A stretch of DNA of 64,000 nt, from contig JAQGDQ010000133.1 in the NCBI GenBank assembly GCA_030141605.1, positions 1-64,000 on the forward strand, written 5' to 3'. A program made the translations under genes and the position numbers. The notes beneath the pieces were generated by a model. That model saw only the letters and a program-made list of their open reading frames with translations. It was not told the DNA's origin and did not search any database. Source of the DNA: Tubiluchus corallicola (Eukaryota; Animalia; Priapulida). Positions 26,025 to 39,640 of the stretch are shown one piece after another (position 1 is the first letter of the stretch; each line of letters begins with the position of its first letter).

Positions 26025-26731
26025 GGTTTTAGTTAAGATGCGTTGCTGTGGTAGTCGGTACCATAGTCGGTACACTGAACCTTTGATCTACAGCAACTAT
26101 GCGTGTGCACGTAGCGAAACTGTGAAAAGGCTTATTGCTACATCTACAGGAAATTGGAAAGTATTGATTGTTCTTGGCATTAAAACTCCCCCCCTTTCTT
26201 TATAAGTAGCTATTATACTTAAGCTACTCTCCTTAGAAATATGTAGTTGCCCATTTTTTCATGCCTTCTTTCATACATTCACGCATTTCTTCATTATGTG
26301 TTTACAAAAGAAAGTGCATACTGCATAGTCACTATATAACAGTATATCTAGTGTCTGAGTAGTATAAAAAATGTGTAACTTATAGCATTCATTTTTTTTC
26401 CGCAAGTCCCCGTAAATCTTAAGTGAAAAAGCCTTGTACATGTGCATTTCCTTTTCATTGTTGGCCCAAATAGTCGGAGCACCAACTCTCTCAACTGTAA
26501 GTTCTGATTCATATCATAGCCGATCAAATAATTTTTTGACGCTTGTTTGGCCTGTTTACATTTATGGACTTCATGCATTCATCATGGTAAAACGACAAAT
26601 TTATTAGCTAGTTACCACTGTAATTTGCACAGTTAGTAGTTAAGTGATACAATAATTATGTTTCTATTCCTGCAGGCTTCTTGGCAAGCTCTAGTGACCT
26701 CAGTGTTCTCTACTGACATCTTCCAGCGATT

Positions 26732-29700
26732 ATGCAACGCATAACGAGGAGACTGTCGCCAGGAAGCAGAGGCGACAGCGACCACGATTCGTTCCAACCA
26801 CTTATTACTGTTGAATTCCGTAAGGACGTGAAGCAGGAGCTGTTGGACTGGCTAGTCCTGCGCATCCGAGCAGCCAAATCTGTAGGTGGTGCTGAGTTGC
26901 TAGTGAGAACTGATGTGGACAAGAAAGAAGTGGTATGTTGTGTTGCTTATCTGATCTTATTGAGAATTCCTTTAAATTTTTGTTTGAGAAAATGTTCATC
27001 ACGTGTCAGTTTGGCATATTGTAAGCCAGGATTCAGCACTTAGTAACAGGGCTTATTTAACATAGATGGTTGTGGCGGGACAGGAATTTAGCTGATTGAC
27101 AAGGCTATACCTCTAATATAAAACTGAACCTTCAGAATTTTCCCATGTGAATGCAACTTGATGTCTCTAAGAAGTGAGTTCCCAGCATCAGAATAGTTTT
27201 ATTTGATATGGATGGTTGTGGCAGGATGAGAATGTTCCTTATTATTAAGACTAATCCTCTAGAATGAAATAGTGAACTGGTAAAGGTACCATGTTCTAAT
27301 GTGATAACTTTCTTTAATGAGGTAAGCAGCCAAAATCAGTATAGTAAATGAAGAAGTTAATTCAGTGCCCACCCATCCATTCGGTGACTTAAACCCATTG
27401 TTGCTTAACTGCAGTCACTAAGCGCACAACGTGATCACTCAATTACGCAATTCAACTTAGTCATCTGCTGCTGAACTATAGCATTATTTTGGGCGATAGG
27501 ATTGCACCCATCCTAACAGTTAACATTAGCTATTAATTAATAACTGTTTTATTTAATCTTTTTTTACTGTTGTATCTGTAGATCTGGCACTAATAATGAC
27601 AAACAGCAACATAGAAATATTGTATTATATACTATTAAAGCTCTAAAATGTTGCAATGAGAATAAAGATTATAAACTATCTATGTTCATAGGAGCGATTC
27701 TTCTATGTCAGTGCCACGTGTGACAGATTGTTGGAAACAGCAGAGGTGATGGGTCTTCGGAAACGGCACAAGGATGGTTATGTTCGAGATTTTACTTGTC
27801 AAGACATGCTGAGTTTTACCGACGATGGTACTGTTACAAAATTCATGCAAATTTGTTGCGAACTAGATGTATTTTGCTTGTGCGCAAATATTTATGTTAT
27901 AGAGGTACAGCTTTTCCATTTTCTAGAAATACCTACTAAGTCCATATCAGCTACTTTTGAGAAAAACACACGAATACTGTTTTCAGTTGCCAAGCAGCAA
28001 TGGCTTGATGGAGCATCTTAAATTCGCAATGAATGCGCTGCAAATGTAAAAGGTGCTTTATTAGTTTGTAAAAAAAGAAACAAGTGTCTTATTATGTTTT
28101 TATATCAATGGACTTTCTAAGTTGCACTGAAGTGGAACTTAAAACATGATGCCGATGCATATAGCTTGTTTTCAAAAAGCTAAGCTTGCCAAGTTCCTAC
28201 GAACACTCAAGTGAGACTGATTTGTCAGGAACAGACTAGTTTACTCTTCAGATATGCAGGAGCTGCACAAATTCATGTAAACTGCCCTGTCGAGGTCACA
28301 TATATTATTCCATCACCCATGAAGGGTTGAACAGCTTACCTAGCTGTTTACCTGTATAACAGCTCTTGATTGCACAATTGCAGCTTGTCTTGAGGTATTA
28401 ATTCCAGTAAAAATGACAAGTTTTTTAATTTTTTAATAACTTGTTTATTAGGCTTGGTTTCATCAAATCATGTGGTAGTAAGGTACAGCATGATACTAAG
28501 AATGATCTGAAATCAGTAAAACAATTTTGCCTTAAAATGGTCTTGCTAGGTTTTTCTTGAAAAGAGAGAGCACTGCATATGCAGAACATCTTTCATACTC
28601 TCCAAATAATAAAAAGTTTTCAATAATTAAAGGAGTAGCTACTCATGTAACATCAGCCTGCACATTATGATTTTCCGAATGGTTTTAAATTTTGCACTTT
28701 TATATCATTTGTGATGTGTAGGTAGTGATATTGACAATATTCTAAGCATGGCGGAAAAGCAGAGGATAGTTCTTCACGAACTGGAAAACATGCGGGCACT
28801 GGAGTGTGACACACATCTGCCCGGGTATGAAAAGTTGACGCTATATGTTGGAAAGTCTTTATGTAAGTGACAGAGCGACTTTAATTTGAGTAGTTACTTA
28901 CATACCATTTATATATAATACAAATTTAGGAAATTTAAGAGTAGGTCTGCAGTTAGCACATTCTCTTAGGAGACTTTTTTCAGTAAATATACTGTTGTTG
29001 ACAGGTAAGAATTTTTTAGTTTTGTAATGAAAATGCGTTTATTGGACAAACGCTTGGCAGTGGTGATTTTTCAGAAAATTAAATCAGTCTTGATAACATT
29101 GCCAATAATCTATAAAACACTTTTACAAGTTTTAAAAATAATGCATTATGATTAATTTTAACTAAGGTGACCAGTCTTCGATTGTTGGATTTTACTTTCA
29201 GTACGCAAATGTTTGAACAACGATGTGGTGCTACAAACTTACCCGCTGCATGAAAAAGAGCAGCTAAAAAAACTGGGTCACGAATGGTACCAGACGTTTT
29301 TCAGTCCGCAGCCATATGGTAAGTAAATTAATTTAATGATGTGAAACAATGTGCTGGGCCACTGGCTGTTTGTTGCAAAGTGAAAGCATATTTTAGCTAT
29401 TAATACATTGTTTTGTTCATTCATTACTCAGTGTTTTTCTAGCATTCCTTTAGAACATGTAGTACTCGCCTAATACAAACTGTAACATCATGCATTATCC
29501 TCTTCCTTAACCTGACTGTCTAAGACTCCTTTGCCAGTAATGTGTCATGTTTTGACATGCCACAAAGGTCCACATTTAGGTTGTGCGATTGGATCCTGAA
29601 TTCCGGCTTACAGCATGCAAGTCATTTTAAAAAGATTCATTTTGTTTCAGATGTATATCTGTATATACATGAGTATATGAGTATATATATAAAACACAAG

Positions 29701-32700
29701 TATATAAAGACTGCAAACACGCACACGCACACACACTCACACACAAATGCACACGCACGCACGCACGCACACACACAATATACATTTATACACTTGTGTT
29801 TTTTGGAGTATCACTGACATGTTAATTCTGCGTAATTTCAGATGATATTCGGCATTACTTTGGAGAGAAACTTGCCATCTACTTCTCATTTCTTGGCTTC
29901 TACACGAAAGCTCTGCTTCCTCCAGCATTTATTGGACTGGTCTATTTCTTCACAGCCTGGGATAACCTTAACAAGCATACATTCTTTGCAATCTTCAATA
30001 TGGTGTGGGTGACTGTATTCCTGGAATCCTGGAAGAGAAACTGTAGTGAGTTGGCCTACAAATGGGGGACAATCAGGCTAGTCCAAATTGAGGAACCAAG
30101 GGCGGCTTTTAAAGTAAAATTTTTTTATTGATGGTCTTTAGTTTTATTTCTGTTTGTGCAAGGTGCATTTGTCACCTTTTGTGAGCATACCTTTATTAGG
30201 GTGCATAACACGACAATAACATGTTATAACAATGACGAAATAATGGTTAATTAAAAAATTTTCTACAAACCTCAAAATCACGAGTACAGCATCGTTTGCT
30301 AGGTGTATGGTGTAGCGATTAGTTAAAAGCATTTTCTACAACCCAGAAGTTGGTAATTCAGGTGGTGTGAGTTCATGGTCACGCTTGGCTGATTTAGCAA
30401 AATGTTGCTGAATCAGTACTAGGAAGTCACGGTTTATAAAGTGGTTTCACACATTATACTGCCTTCAGCTATTTGCCTCATTGAGATTTACTTACATTTT
30501 AACGTGCCTAGGGTATCTCCATATGCTCCCTGTCTCATCTCGTAGGACACTCATAAGACTATTACAGTGTATGTACATTTTCAGGGAGAGATGGGAAAGA
30601 ATCCAATCACGGGAAAAACAGAGCCTGTGTATCCTGCTTGGAAGACGCATTTGAAAGTGTATGGCGGATCATTTCCGTTCGTCCTGTTTTGCTTGTTTGT
30701 CGCTTCGTATGTAAGTCCAAATTTTCAAAATCCAAACTTATAAGCATGTTTTTTGTTAATGCGTGATGTTTAGCAGCAATACTCGAAATTATTTCTAAGT
30801 AACGAAAATAAATAGTTAAAACTTGTGCAGCATAATTTCTCAGTTGAAGTCATTATTTTTAATACATTTTAGGCCTAGTTTTTAAATTTGTGATTCATTG
30901 AGCATTTCTGAGGCAATGAGATGAATTCTCACAGTCGAGAGACGTGGTTGTACAATTAACAGACTATTATGTTACTAATACATTCCATATTTGATTAAAA
31001 TATATAAACAAAATTAGTAAAAGCAAACCTTGCAGTTTGAAAATAGAACTATACAATGATAAAAGAAATCTGCGTAGGCAAATAAATTTATTGCACTTAA
31101 ACCAATTTCAACAACCTAATCATCTGTTATAAGAAATTTGGTGAAGCTAATTCACTGTGAACAATTATAATAAAAGCAATGCTGCTGGTCTACTACAACA
31201 CGTTGTTAATAGTTGTTTAAATTCATTGTTTCATTTACCATTCATCATAATTTTGTGAAGCTGTGCTTTGACTTTGACATGTGTTTTTATCATTCATTGT
31301 TTAGGTGATGGTAATTTACTTTCGATTGGAGTTTTGGGCTCAAGGAAGGTACAAGCTGAATCCCTCTGTAGTTAATTTTCTTCTATGTTTCTTTCCCACA
31401 TCAATTTATGCTGTAGTCATTGCCGCAATGAATGCCGGATACAGAATTCTTGCAACTAAGTTGACTAATTGGGGTAAGCTCACATTACTTGATAGTTTGG
31501 CTAGCCTTATCAATCCAACTTTTTCCATGGGCTTCTTAACTGAGGAATTATTTGCCAGAAAATAGTTTCCTTAAAAACTACATTAAATTCCATTTCGCAG
31601 GATTTGTATTCATATTTTTGCCATTTTACTATAATCCATTGCCTTCAACGGCCATTGACCTTGGTTGTGGCAATTTATGTAGGGTAAAAAGAAACGAATA
31701 ATCTTTTCAGAGTGCAGTGTCATGGTATAATAAATTGTCTAACTGTGATAGTAGGAATAAACTTTTTGTTTTAATCCTAACAAAGCCTTTGATTTTTGGC
31801 AAAAACATCTTATAGTGTTGTCTGTATATATGATATTTTTGTCTTTTTACAGAAAACCATCGTCTTCAGTCGACGTATGAGAACTATCTCATAGTAAAAC
31901 TTGTGCTTGTAAGTTGCAAATTTTTTCCTGATTATAAGTTATAATTTGCTTATATGATTTATACCTTGGAAATGGCTGAGTGTTTCGTGCTTGGCATCCA
32001 TAATTTAAGCAAAGCAGGCCTGATTACTAAATGGATTGGTGACCATGGAGAAAACTGCTTCAAGGCAGTTTCATCTGCATCTGAAGTTGATTAAGACACT
32101 TCTGCCAACCCAAGTGTCTTGTTTTAGAAGATTGCGCTGATACAGCAGGTGCCGCTTAATAGACTCACGGTTAACAGACTCAATCACATAATTGACTCAA
32201 AAGTGCCTGGTACGGGCCGCTTCTATTCAAATGTACATAAAAACTGTCGATAATTGACTCAAGTAACTCCACATAATTGATTAAATATTTTTGCTTCAAA
32301 ACTTTCCTGTGACTAATAAGCTTCTATGACTTTTATATCATCTTAGTTTGCTTTTGTCTGCTTTGTTCCCGTTTTGTTTGTAAGCAGGAACGTTTATCAT
32401 ATGCTAATATATCATAGTCTAGCGGTTTGCTTTGACCCCCTCATCCACTGCAATTAACGTCGTCACTCAAGAATTCCTGGAAGCTAAGCATTTGATCACT
32501 TGCCTTGTGCAGTTTGCTTTTGAAGCTTTCGCTGTCTTTGCCAGAAAGTTTAATCAGTTAGATGTTGCTGTTATGCCAGGGATGCAGTTGCAGTACAGCA
32601 AGTATGTCACAATAGCAAGCAAGAGCTTAGACGAAACTACAGACCAAGCTACTTGCGGGGCAACACGGGTAACAACAATTTAAGCACGCCAAGCACTAAG

Positions 32701-35700
32701 TATTTTACGAGAATTTGTGCATCATACAACAACAGATTTTCAACATTTTTATCATTATGAGAACTTTGTGAGCCAACTTCTTTGCGATAAAATAAAGCAG
32801 CTGACTTTGAACAATTTTTGCAAATAAACAGACTTGTGTGATTTAGCAACGTATACTTTTTAATTTATTACTAATTCACTTATATAAATTAATATTTTAA
32901 AATATTTTTTCTAATTTTTAACTGCACAAAGAATTTGGGCATTACTTCGTTTCTAAAACACCTTTGCAGTGCATAGTAAACTGATGACTAATACTTCTAT
33001 ACCAGTAATACTACACTCATCAGTTAATAGGTTCCGTCGGTTAATAGGGTCAAAACACTTCATTCCCAAAGTGAGTCTATTAAGTGGCGCCTACTGTAAT
33101 GAGTTAGGTTTCAGTCCTGCTACAATGTAGCATTAGCTACATCTTGCTATCAAGCGCTACATAAAAAAGCAGTAATTATTAAATTTATTTAATTCTGAAC
33201 TTTTACTGTTACAGTTCAACTTCACAAATTGCTTCTTGTGCCTCTTCTACATTGCTTTTGTGATCCAAGATTTGCAGCTGTTAAGACGTGTGAGTATGTT
33301 GCTAATGATAATTGCTTCACTTTTAAAAATGATTAAGTCGTAGTTGTTAATTATGTCTTGTAAGACTCCACAATATGAGAAATAATTGCATGTGGCTACA
33401 CACTGCTAAACTGCACTTGTAGCATCTACTTTTTCTGTCATTAAACTAAACTGCTGTTTCATTCCAAGAAAGTAGTGAGTGCTTTTGACAGTCAAAAAAT
33501 TTTCTTATTAAAAGGCGGGGTCAGTATTTACTCTTCGTGGTTTTATTTGCCATAGTGATTCTGGCTGTTTGCTTCATTGACACAGAGACGTTATGTTCAT
33601 ATTCAAATGTCTTACAGTGTTTTCAATTGTATAAAATGTAAACTGCTTGAACCTTTTTGCTCCTACTTTCAAACTCAATGTAATTACACATTTCTTTGTT
33701 ATTTATCCCAGATTACATACCAAAGTCCATTATTGTGGTTAAAAAGCCAACACTTTCAAATAAATGTTTCTTGGGTTAGTGGGTCATAATTAGTAGCTAT
33801 TCAATATTGTTTATTTATTGACTAATCCTTGTACATAATTGTGTTATTATACCTGAGTACGAATAAATAGTAATAATGACTGAAATATAATTTTTAACAA
33901 AATTATAACACAACAACTTTGCTAGTGTCAATATATTTTTGTTTTCTTTTAGAGTTTAGCTACTCTTCTCATCACAATGCAAATAGTTCAGCAATGCCAA
34001 GAAACTCTGCTTCCATACATGTTCAAAAAGTACACAAAATACCAGATAGAAAAAGGAAAAACTGAAGGAGAAGATGGAAAAGAGACGAAAGTGGATCACC
34101 TGGAGTTGGAGAGAAAAATGCTGGCGTATCCGGTACTAATTAATTTGTGTTGAGTTTGACTTATTGAGTCATTTGCTCCATTAAACCTGTTTGTTACTTT
34201 CACGTATCAGCAGCTACTTTTTGAGCTTAGAAGAGAATCAGTTATACGCTTTAAGAAGAAAGTAATTTACTAAAGTGACAGTTTGGCTTTAAATGCAAGA
34301 GAAGCCCAGGGTAACCTTTATGCAGGTTCGTTTTTTTTAGAAGTTTCTTGGGAAGGAATAAAATTGCAGCAAGTTATGTATCTTGCACTGCTTGACGCTC
34401 CCTGGAGCAGCATAAAGCTTGCTGCCTTCTCAACTGCAGCACAGTATCAAGCCGAAATGCTAAAGATTTTACTTAGAAGTGTAAATGCATTATTGTCGTA
34501 GCTATAAGCTAATATTTTACTTATTTTCAAGCTAGCCAAGGACAATTATTATCAGATGATGTTGCTAATGCATTATTTTAAATCCATCGTTCGTTATTCT
34601 GTAGTTCATTGTACTACAAAGGTTGCTGTGATAGTGGGAAATATTCTTTTCCTAAAATATTGCAAGTGTTATAAGCATGATTTTTTTTAATTTCAGGGAA
34701 CATTCGATGACTACCTAGAGCTGTTCCTTCAGTTCGGCTATGCTTTCCTTTTTTCTTCTGTCTACCCTCTAGCAGCATTCTGGGCTCTGCTAAATAATGT
34801 CTTGGAAATTCGTACTGATGCATTTAAACTGTGCCGGGTGTTTCAGCGACCGTACTCTCAGCCAGCAGGTGGCATTGGTGCTTGGCAGGTGCGTTTGTGT
34901 GATTTGTTTTTTGATAAGATGCAAAAATGATTTCTGTAGAGTAATAGACTGAATTATTCTTAACATTTTTCCATGGAGGCAGCCATAAATTTTGGAATGA
35001 TGAAGTGCACTTTCATTCTTTTATACAAATTTCCCGGAACAAGGCTTCTAGCCATTGAGAGTAATGATTTATGATTAAAAGTGAAAATATGAATACAGGT
35101 CCAGAAAAACATAATTCTCTTGAACTTTTTATCTGTGGTAGGAAGTGTCTGTTAACATTCTTCTTGAATCGTGTGGAGTTGTAGTTGACAGGAAAACAAT
35201 GTTACCTATAGAGAATTTTACAGATAAGAGGTCAAAAGGAGCAAAAGTTGGAAGCATGTATGACATTCTGGTTAAAAAAATAAATTGCAGTAACAAATTA
35301 TTATTAGCTCTGGGGGCCAATGATGTAAGATTCTGGGGGATCTTCTATTAAATTTGATCTTTAAAATGAAGTTTAGCGTTACTGTTACTACATTCACATT
35401 TTTGTCACATCTAGTTATTTTACTTCATTCATTAAGTGCTCCAATATACAAGCGATTATGCATTCACAAGAACCTGTAAATTATATGCATTCACTGTAGG
35501 CATGACCTAATGATGGCGTGTTCTCACAAATAAATTTCTGTTGCCTTAGCTGCTAATTAGTGTGTAAGAGTAACACAGTACAAGTGGAACCAAAACTCTT
35601 CTGTTGTTATCATAGGTGGCATTTGAGCTGATGGGCATTGTAGCTGTAATGACAAATTGTGCATTGATTGCTCTCTCGCCGGGTACAGTGCAATTCTTTC

Positions 35701-38661
35701 CTGATATGGGAACTGTGCATATTATTCTTTTGTTTGTAGCTATAGAGGTAATTAGTATAATAACATCATTACCTTTATAACGGTTTTTATAGATCTGAGA
35801 TGTACTTGATAATATTGTGGGTGCTTGTAAGCTTACTCTTTTCAGTATTCATAAAGCAGTATCCTCTGAAACTGTTAAATATTTTTAGGAGTTCAGATTT
35901 CATAAAAGCTTAGTATTTGATTGTCATTGTCTGTCTGAGATTTGCCATTAGCATGCCATTGTTTTTGTACAAGTCGTTGTCAAGACTTGAATGGAGAAAA
36001 CTATTTATACAGTTTATAGATTTGCGTTATTAAGTGGACAAAATTGAGATATTGATTCCGTGTTTGTTGTAAAAAATCACAAGTTTTATTAGTTCAGTAG
36101 AAGTCTATGCATCAAAGGAATGCACACTTTTAGTTGTTTCAATGCAAGCCAGAATTGAGCACACAAAACTTCTTAACATTGCTAGTTATAGCAGTGCCAG
36201 AACCTTGTTAGTCATCAAAAGTCATTTTCACTCAAACAAGATACTGAACCAATTTTGGCATATTAGCCACTTTTGAATTGTGTGTGCATCTCCCTCAATG
36301 GGACAAATATCCCGGGCAGTATGCATATAAAAGTGTCCAATGCATTTTTCCTGCAGTAGTCCACTCGTTTGCTAACCAGCCTCACTACGCTTAACTATTG
36401 TAGCCAAGCATACCTCTTAACTTTAGCTTAACCTTTTATTAAGTGTAGAGCAATAGGTGCTGTTTTCTTATATTATACTATAATATAATAGTGTTTGTAT
36501 ATTTTTAGCATTTAGTTTTGGGTGTCAAAGTTCTGTTGTCTTACGTGATTCCCGACACTCCGGAATGGGTGGAAAGTGCATTGGCAAGGATTGACTTTGA
36601 ATCCCGTCAAGCATTGAAAAAAGAGGTAGGACTAGTTTAGTCAGTTCATCAGTTACATAAGTGTTTACAGAAGACCAGCAAAACTGCATATCATGTATGC
36701 GAGAGTCTGAGCCCTGTTTAAACAGCAACCATTCTAAACTTAAAGCTACTTGTATAATTGTTATATGTTACATTAAGGACAGTATTGCCTCATGGATGTT
36801 ATACAGTAGTCGCCGCTTAATGGAACCACCACGTGGCCAGCAGTAAGTGGTCTTAATGAAAATGGTGGTTTTATTAAGCAGTGACTATTGTAGTAGATAA
36901 ATTAACAGTCCACTTAATTCGATTAATTGTGTAAATTGCGTTCCTTGACAACATTTTTTTTGTAATGGCTTTTGTTCGGGGAAGAAGTTTTTTGTTACTT
37001 TTTCTCACTGTATCACCTTATTATGAACCAGTATTCCTAAGAAACAGCACATTTAGCACATTGTAAAAATTTATGCCGAAGCTTAAATTTATGCTTAAAA
37101 AGTAAAGTTTTGTGCAGAATTTAGCTTTGATGCATTTGTTTATCACATTAGTTGTGATGGAATTTTATTTACAAAAAAATGAAACAAAAATAAAAAGAAA
37201 GTTGAAGAGCTGGTAATTTCATGTTTATTAATGCTCATTTTAGGTGTCCAAGCAAATGCTTCATTTGGATGAATGGTGTAAGACTGTTTGTAAATTTTTA
37301 ATATCAGTTTGTCGTTTTGAAACGCTTTGCGATTTTAGTCACTGGCAACAGTTTTTGTAAAAATGCTATTGTTGTTTGATTGAGTTTCTACTTTTCACAA
37401 TTGTCTGATTTGCTCGAGAGTGAGAGAATAAAGTTTTAAGATTCTTGTTTATACCATGTGAATACTTACCTGGTGTTGAGACTTGTTTTACTTTGCTGTT
37501 TTGTTTGTTTTTTAGCAAATTACTTTTTAAGCTTATAAGACAAAGAGTACGTTCGCATATAGGTTGCAATAATATTTATTTTTATCTGCATCAGGCATAA
37601 ATTTACAAATACAGTAACGAAAGAACTAGCTTTTGTTTTCCTACTATAATATAATCAGATGTAAATATAGGAAAACTTAAGTGTGCTGCATAAGAAACAA
37701 ATATTTACTAATTTTTTTATATAGCTATGAATTAAGTTCCGCTTTGATTTTAAATCCTCTTTTTAATTTTCCGTGTCCACAGTATTGTGACATTACAAAC
37801 AGAGATGACAGGAGGCTGAAGCAATTTTCACTTCTGTTAGCTAAAAGAGCAATATAATAGACATTAAATAGTTAATAGATTTTCGGTGTTCACATAAAAT
37901 TTTGCAAAAACTGGCACAGTTTGTCTAATAGCACCGCTGGTAACTCGATGTGAAGTCATGTGAGTTGATATTATAATAATCAGTAATGCAATTGTGCTGA
38001 AAGTAAACACCAAAAGTAAAAACGAAATTATGATGATGGTGTTTGTCATGGTTTCTGGCGCATTCTTGAAATTTTGTTTCAATCCAAGTCCACTAGAGGG
38101 ATCAGTAAACATCTCTAAAGCCAAACAAATTAGTTACAATTTTCTGCATATCATTTCTGCTTCTTGGACGCTAGCATCATTTGCTGAAGCTTTGCCATTT
38201 TTTTTCGTCATTTGCCAAGCTAACGTTTGCTGTTTCTTCTTGCCAGTTGCTACATTCATTCAAGGTTGCGTATTTTTCTTCTTTGTATTGAAAGTTGCGG
38301 TGGTACGGTTTTGTTTGAGTAAATGTGGAAATGCATGTTTTCTTCATGATTTTAGATTTGGTTATTATAATTATAGTATCTATATTACAGTTTACTAATT
38401 TACATTTGCCTGACCTATTATTATTAGTTCACGTGCAAAAGTGTAAAGAAATTTTTTGGCAAGCTTGTCTTTAGCTTTCTAGTTTTGCTTTCATAATGCT
38501 GAGCTAACAGACTGCTGAATTGTGCATAAACTTGTGAAACCCGATTTACATACATTTTAATATTTGCTTTTTTGCAGAAATCAAGTCAGGCAAGGAAGGC
38601 CCTAGAAAAGAGGTCTTCCCATCTGTGCTTTTCGCAGTCAGCTAACGAAACTAGTTTATAA
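26732..38661 (+). CDS. ANO10: Anoctamin-10 (TMEM16K) lipid scramblase/ion channel, 665 aa, 14 coding exons
   Basis: Exons 26732-26932, 27692-27827, 28722-28862, 29202-29318, 29842-30113, 30585-30710, 31305-31473, 31853-31908, 33215-33289, 33953-34132, 34697-34888, 35616-35747, 36509-36625, 38578-38661 (1998 nt, phases consistent). Motifs [59 protein letters not shown] and IGAWQ match human ANO10 as I recall it. The last exon is the least certain. Confidence 0.93.
27050..27270. repeat. Degenerate direct repeat, ~147-bp period
   Basis: TTATTTrAyATrGATGGTTGTGGCrGGA at about 27053 and 27199. Confidence 0.6.
29717..29776. repeat. Compound (CA)/(CACG) microsatellite
   Basis: acacgcacacgcacacacactcacacac...gcacgcacgcacacacac. 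Confidence 0.9.
32143..33096. mobile_element. pogo/Tigger-type (Tc1/mariner) non-autonomous element in ANO10 intron 8
   Basis: TIRs CAGCAGGTGCCGCTTAATAGACTCAC and GTGAGTCTATTAAGTGGCGCCTACTG, with TA on both sides. Confidence 0.88.
36804..36890. mobile_element. 87-bp pogo/Tigger-type MITE
   Basis: TIRs CAGTAGTCGCCGCTTAAT and ATTAAGCAGTGACTATTG, TA flanks; termini related to 32143-33096. Confidence 0.75.
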
Positions 38662-38881
38662 TGGCGATGCAGTTTGAACATAAAAAACAGAGCTTCTACA
38701 TCTAGCTATCAGAATGATTGTCAACAATTGTGGTACATTTATATAGGGTATCACAAGACATGAGTTTAACTGTATTGCAGCATTGAGGACCACCTAGGCG
38801 GTGAGAAGGTGCATTACTTACGTAGTACTATAGTTGTTTTATTCAACAAGTGTGAGTATATTTACCCTACATTTGCAGTCA

Positions 38882-39640
38882 ACAGTGTTGGATGAATTGC
38901 TTTCAAAATATAGTGACTTTACAATTACCAACTACTACCTGAACAAGTTGTGATTTGCTCACTACAATTCTTCCAGCAATATAATAGTGGCACCACAATT
39001 ACAATTGTTTGCAAAACTGAAAAGTAGTGAATTACTTATTACGGTTATTCCTATACAAAATGGCATCACGTACTAATTAAATATTTGGGTACCGCACTCA
39101 CAACTGTTCAATACTATAATACTGTTACATCAGTCGAGGTGCTGTCTTGTTTAATTTCGTGAAAAATTTTTTCCAAAATTTTTATCGCTCAACAAAGACC
39201 TTTTTGGTGCAAAGACATCTTTTCCAACAGAGAACATCTGCTCACAGGCATCAGTGTTTGGAACTCCTGTGTTATAGACAATAAAATGTTTTTGCTGTTG
39301 CAACAGCCTTGATGTACAGCTAGGTATGTCATTACAATCAGAACAGTTTGCAGCATCGTTCGTTGATTGTGGCGAAGAAGTGCTTTTACTTGTATGAAGC
39401 AGCAATTCATCAGCAAAGAAAATAATAATTTAATGAATTCTACTTTGTCTCTTTGTCAGTAAAGTAATTGTAATGTTATAACGAAAGAGTGGTGTGCTAC
39501 AGTAGTAATACACTTTTATGCGCTACATAAAAATGCAATGAAAATACTGCCAGCACTGCATTACATTACAGTGCTGTTGCATAGTGCTGCTACATATAGT
39601 GACTTAACTATCACAAAAGCAATTACATCGCTTGGCCTCT
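38882..39640 (-). mobile_element. Degraded hAT transposon carrying a C-terminal dimerisation-domain remnant
   Basis: Minus frame at about 39151-39300 reads HFIVYNTGVPNTDACEQMFSVGKDVFAPKRSLLSDKNF, the hAT dimerisation motif (PxxSAxxERxFS...KRxxL). CAGTGTTG end at 38882 with ATTAC-rich subterminal repeats. Confidence 0.8.

Noticed and set aside
37462-37473. ATACTTACCTGG, identical to the U1 snRNA 5' end
   Set aside because: The downstream sequence does not continue as U1; it is just a consensus donor on the minus strand with no supported antisense exon.
37864-38398. Overlapping hydrophobic ORFs in the last ANO10 intron
   Set aside because: No recognisable domain or splice support; minus frames contain stops; possibly a decayed TE piece.
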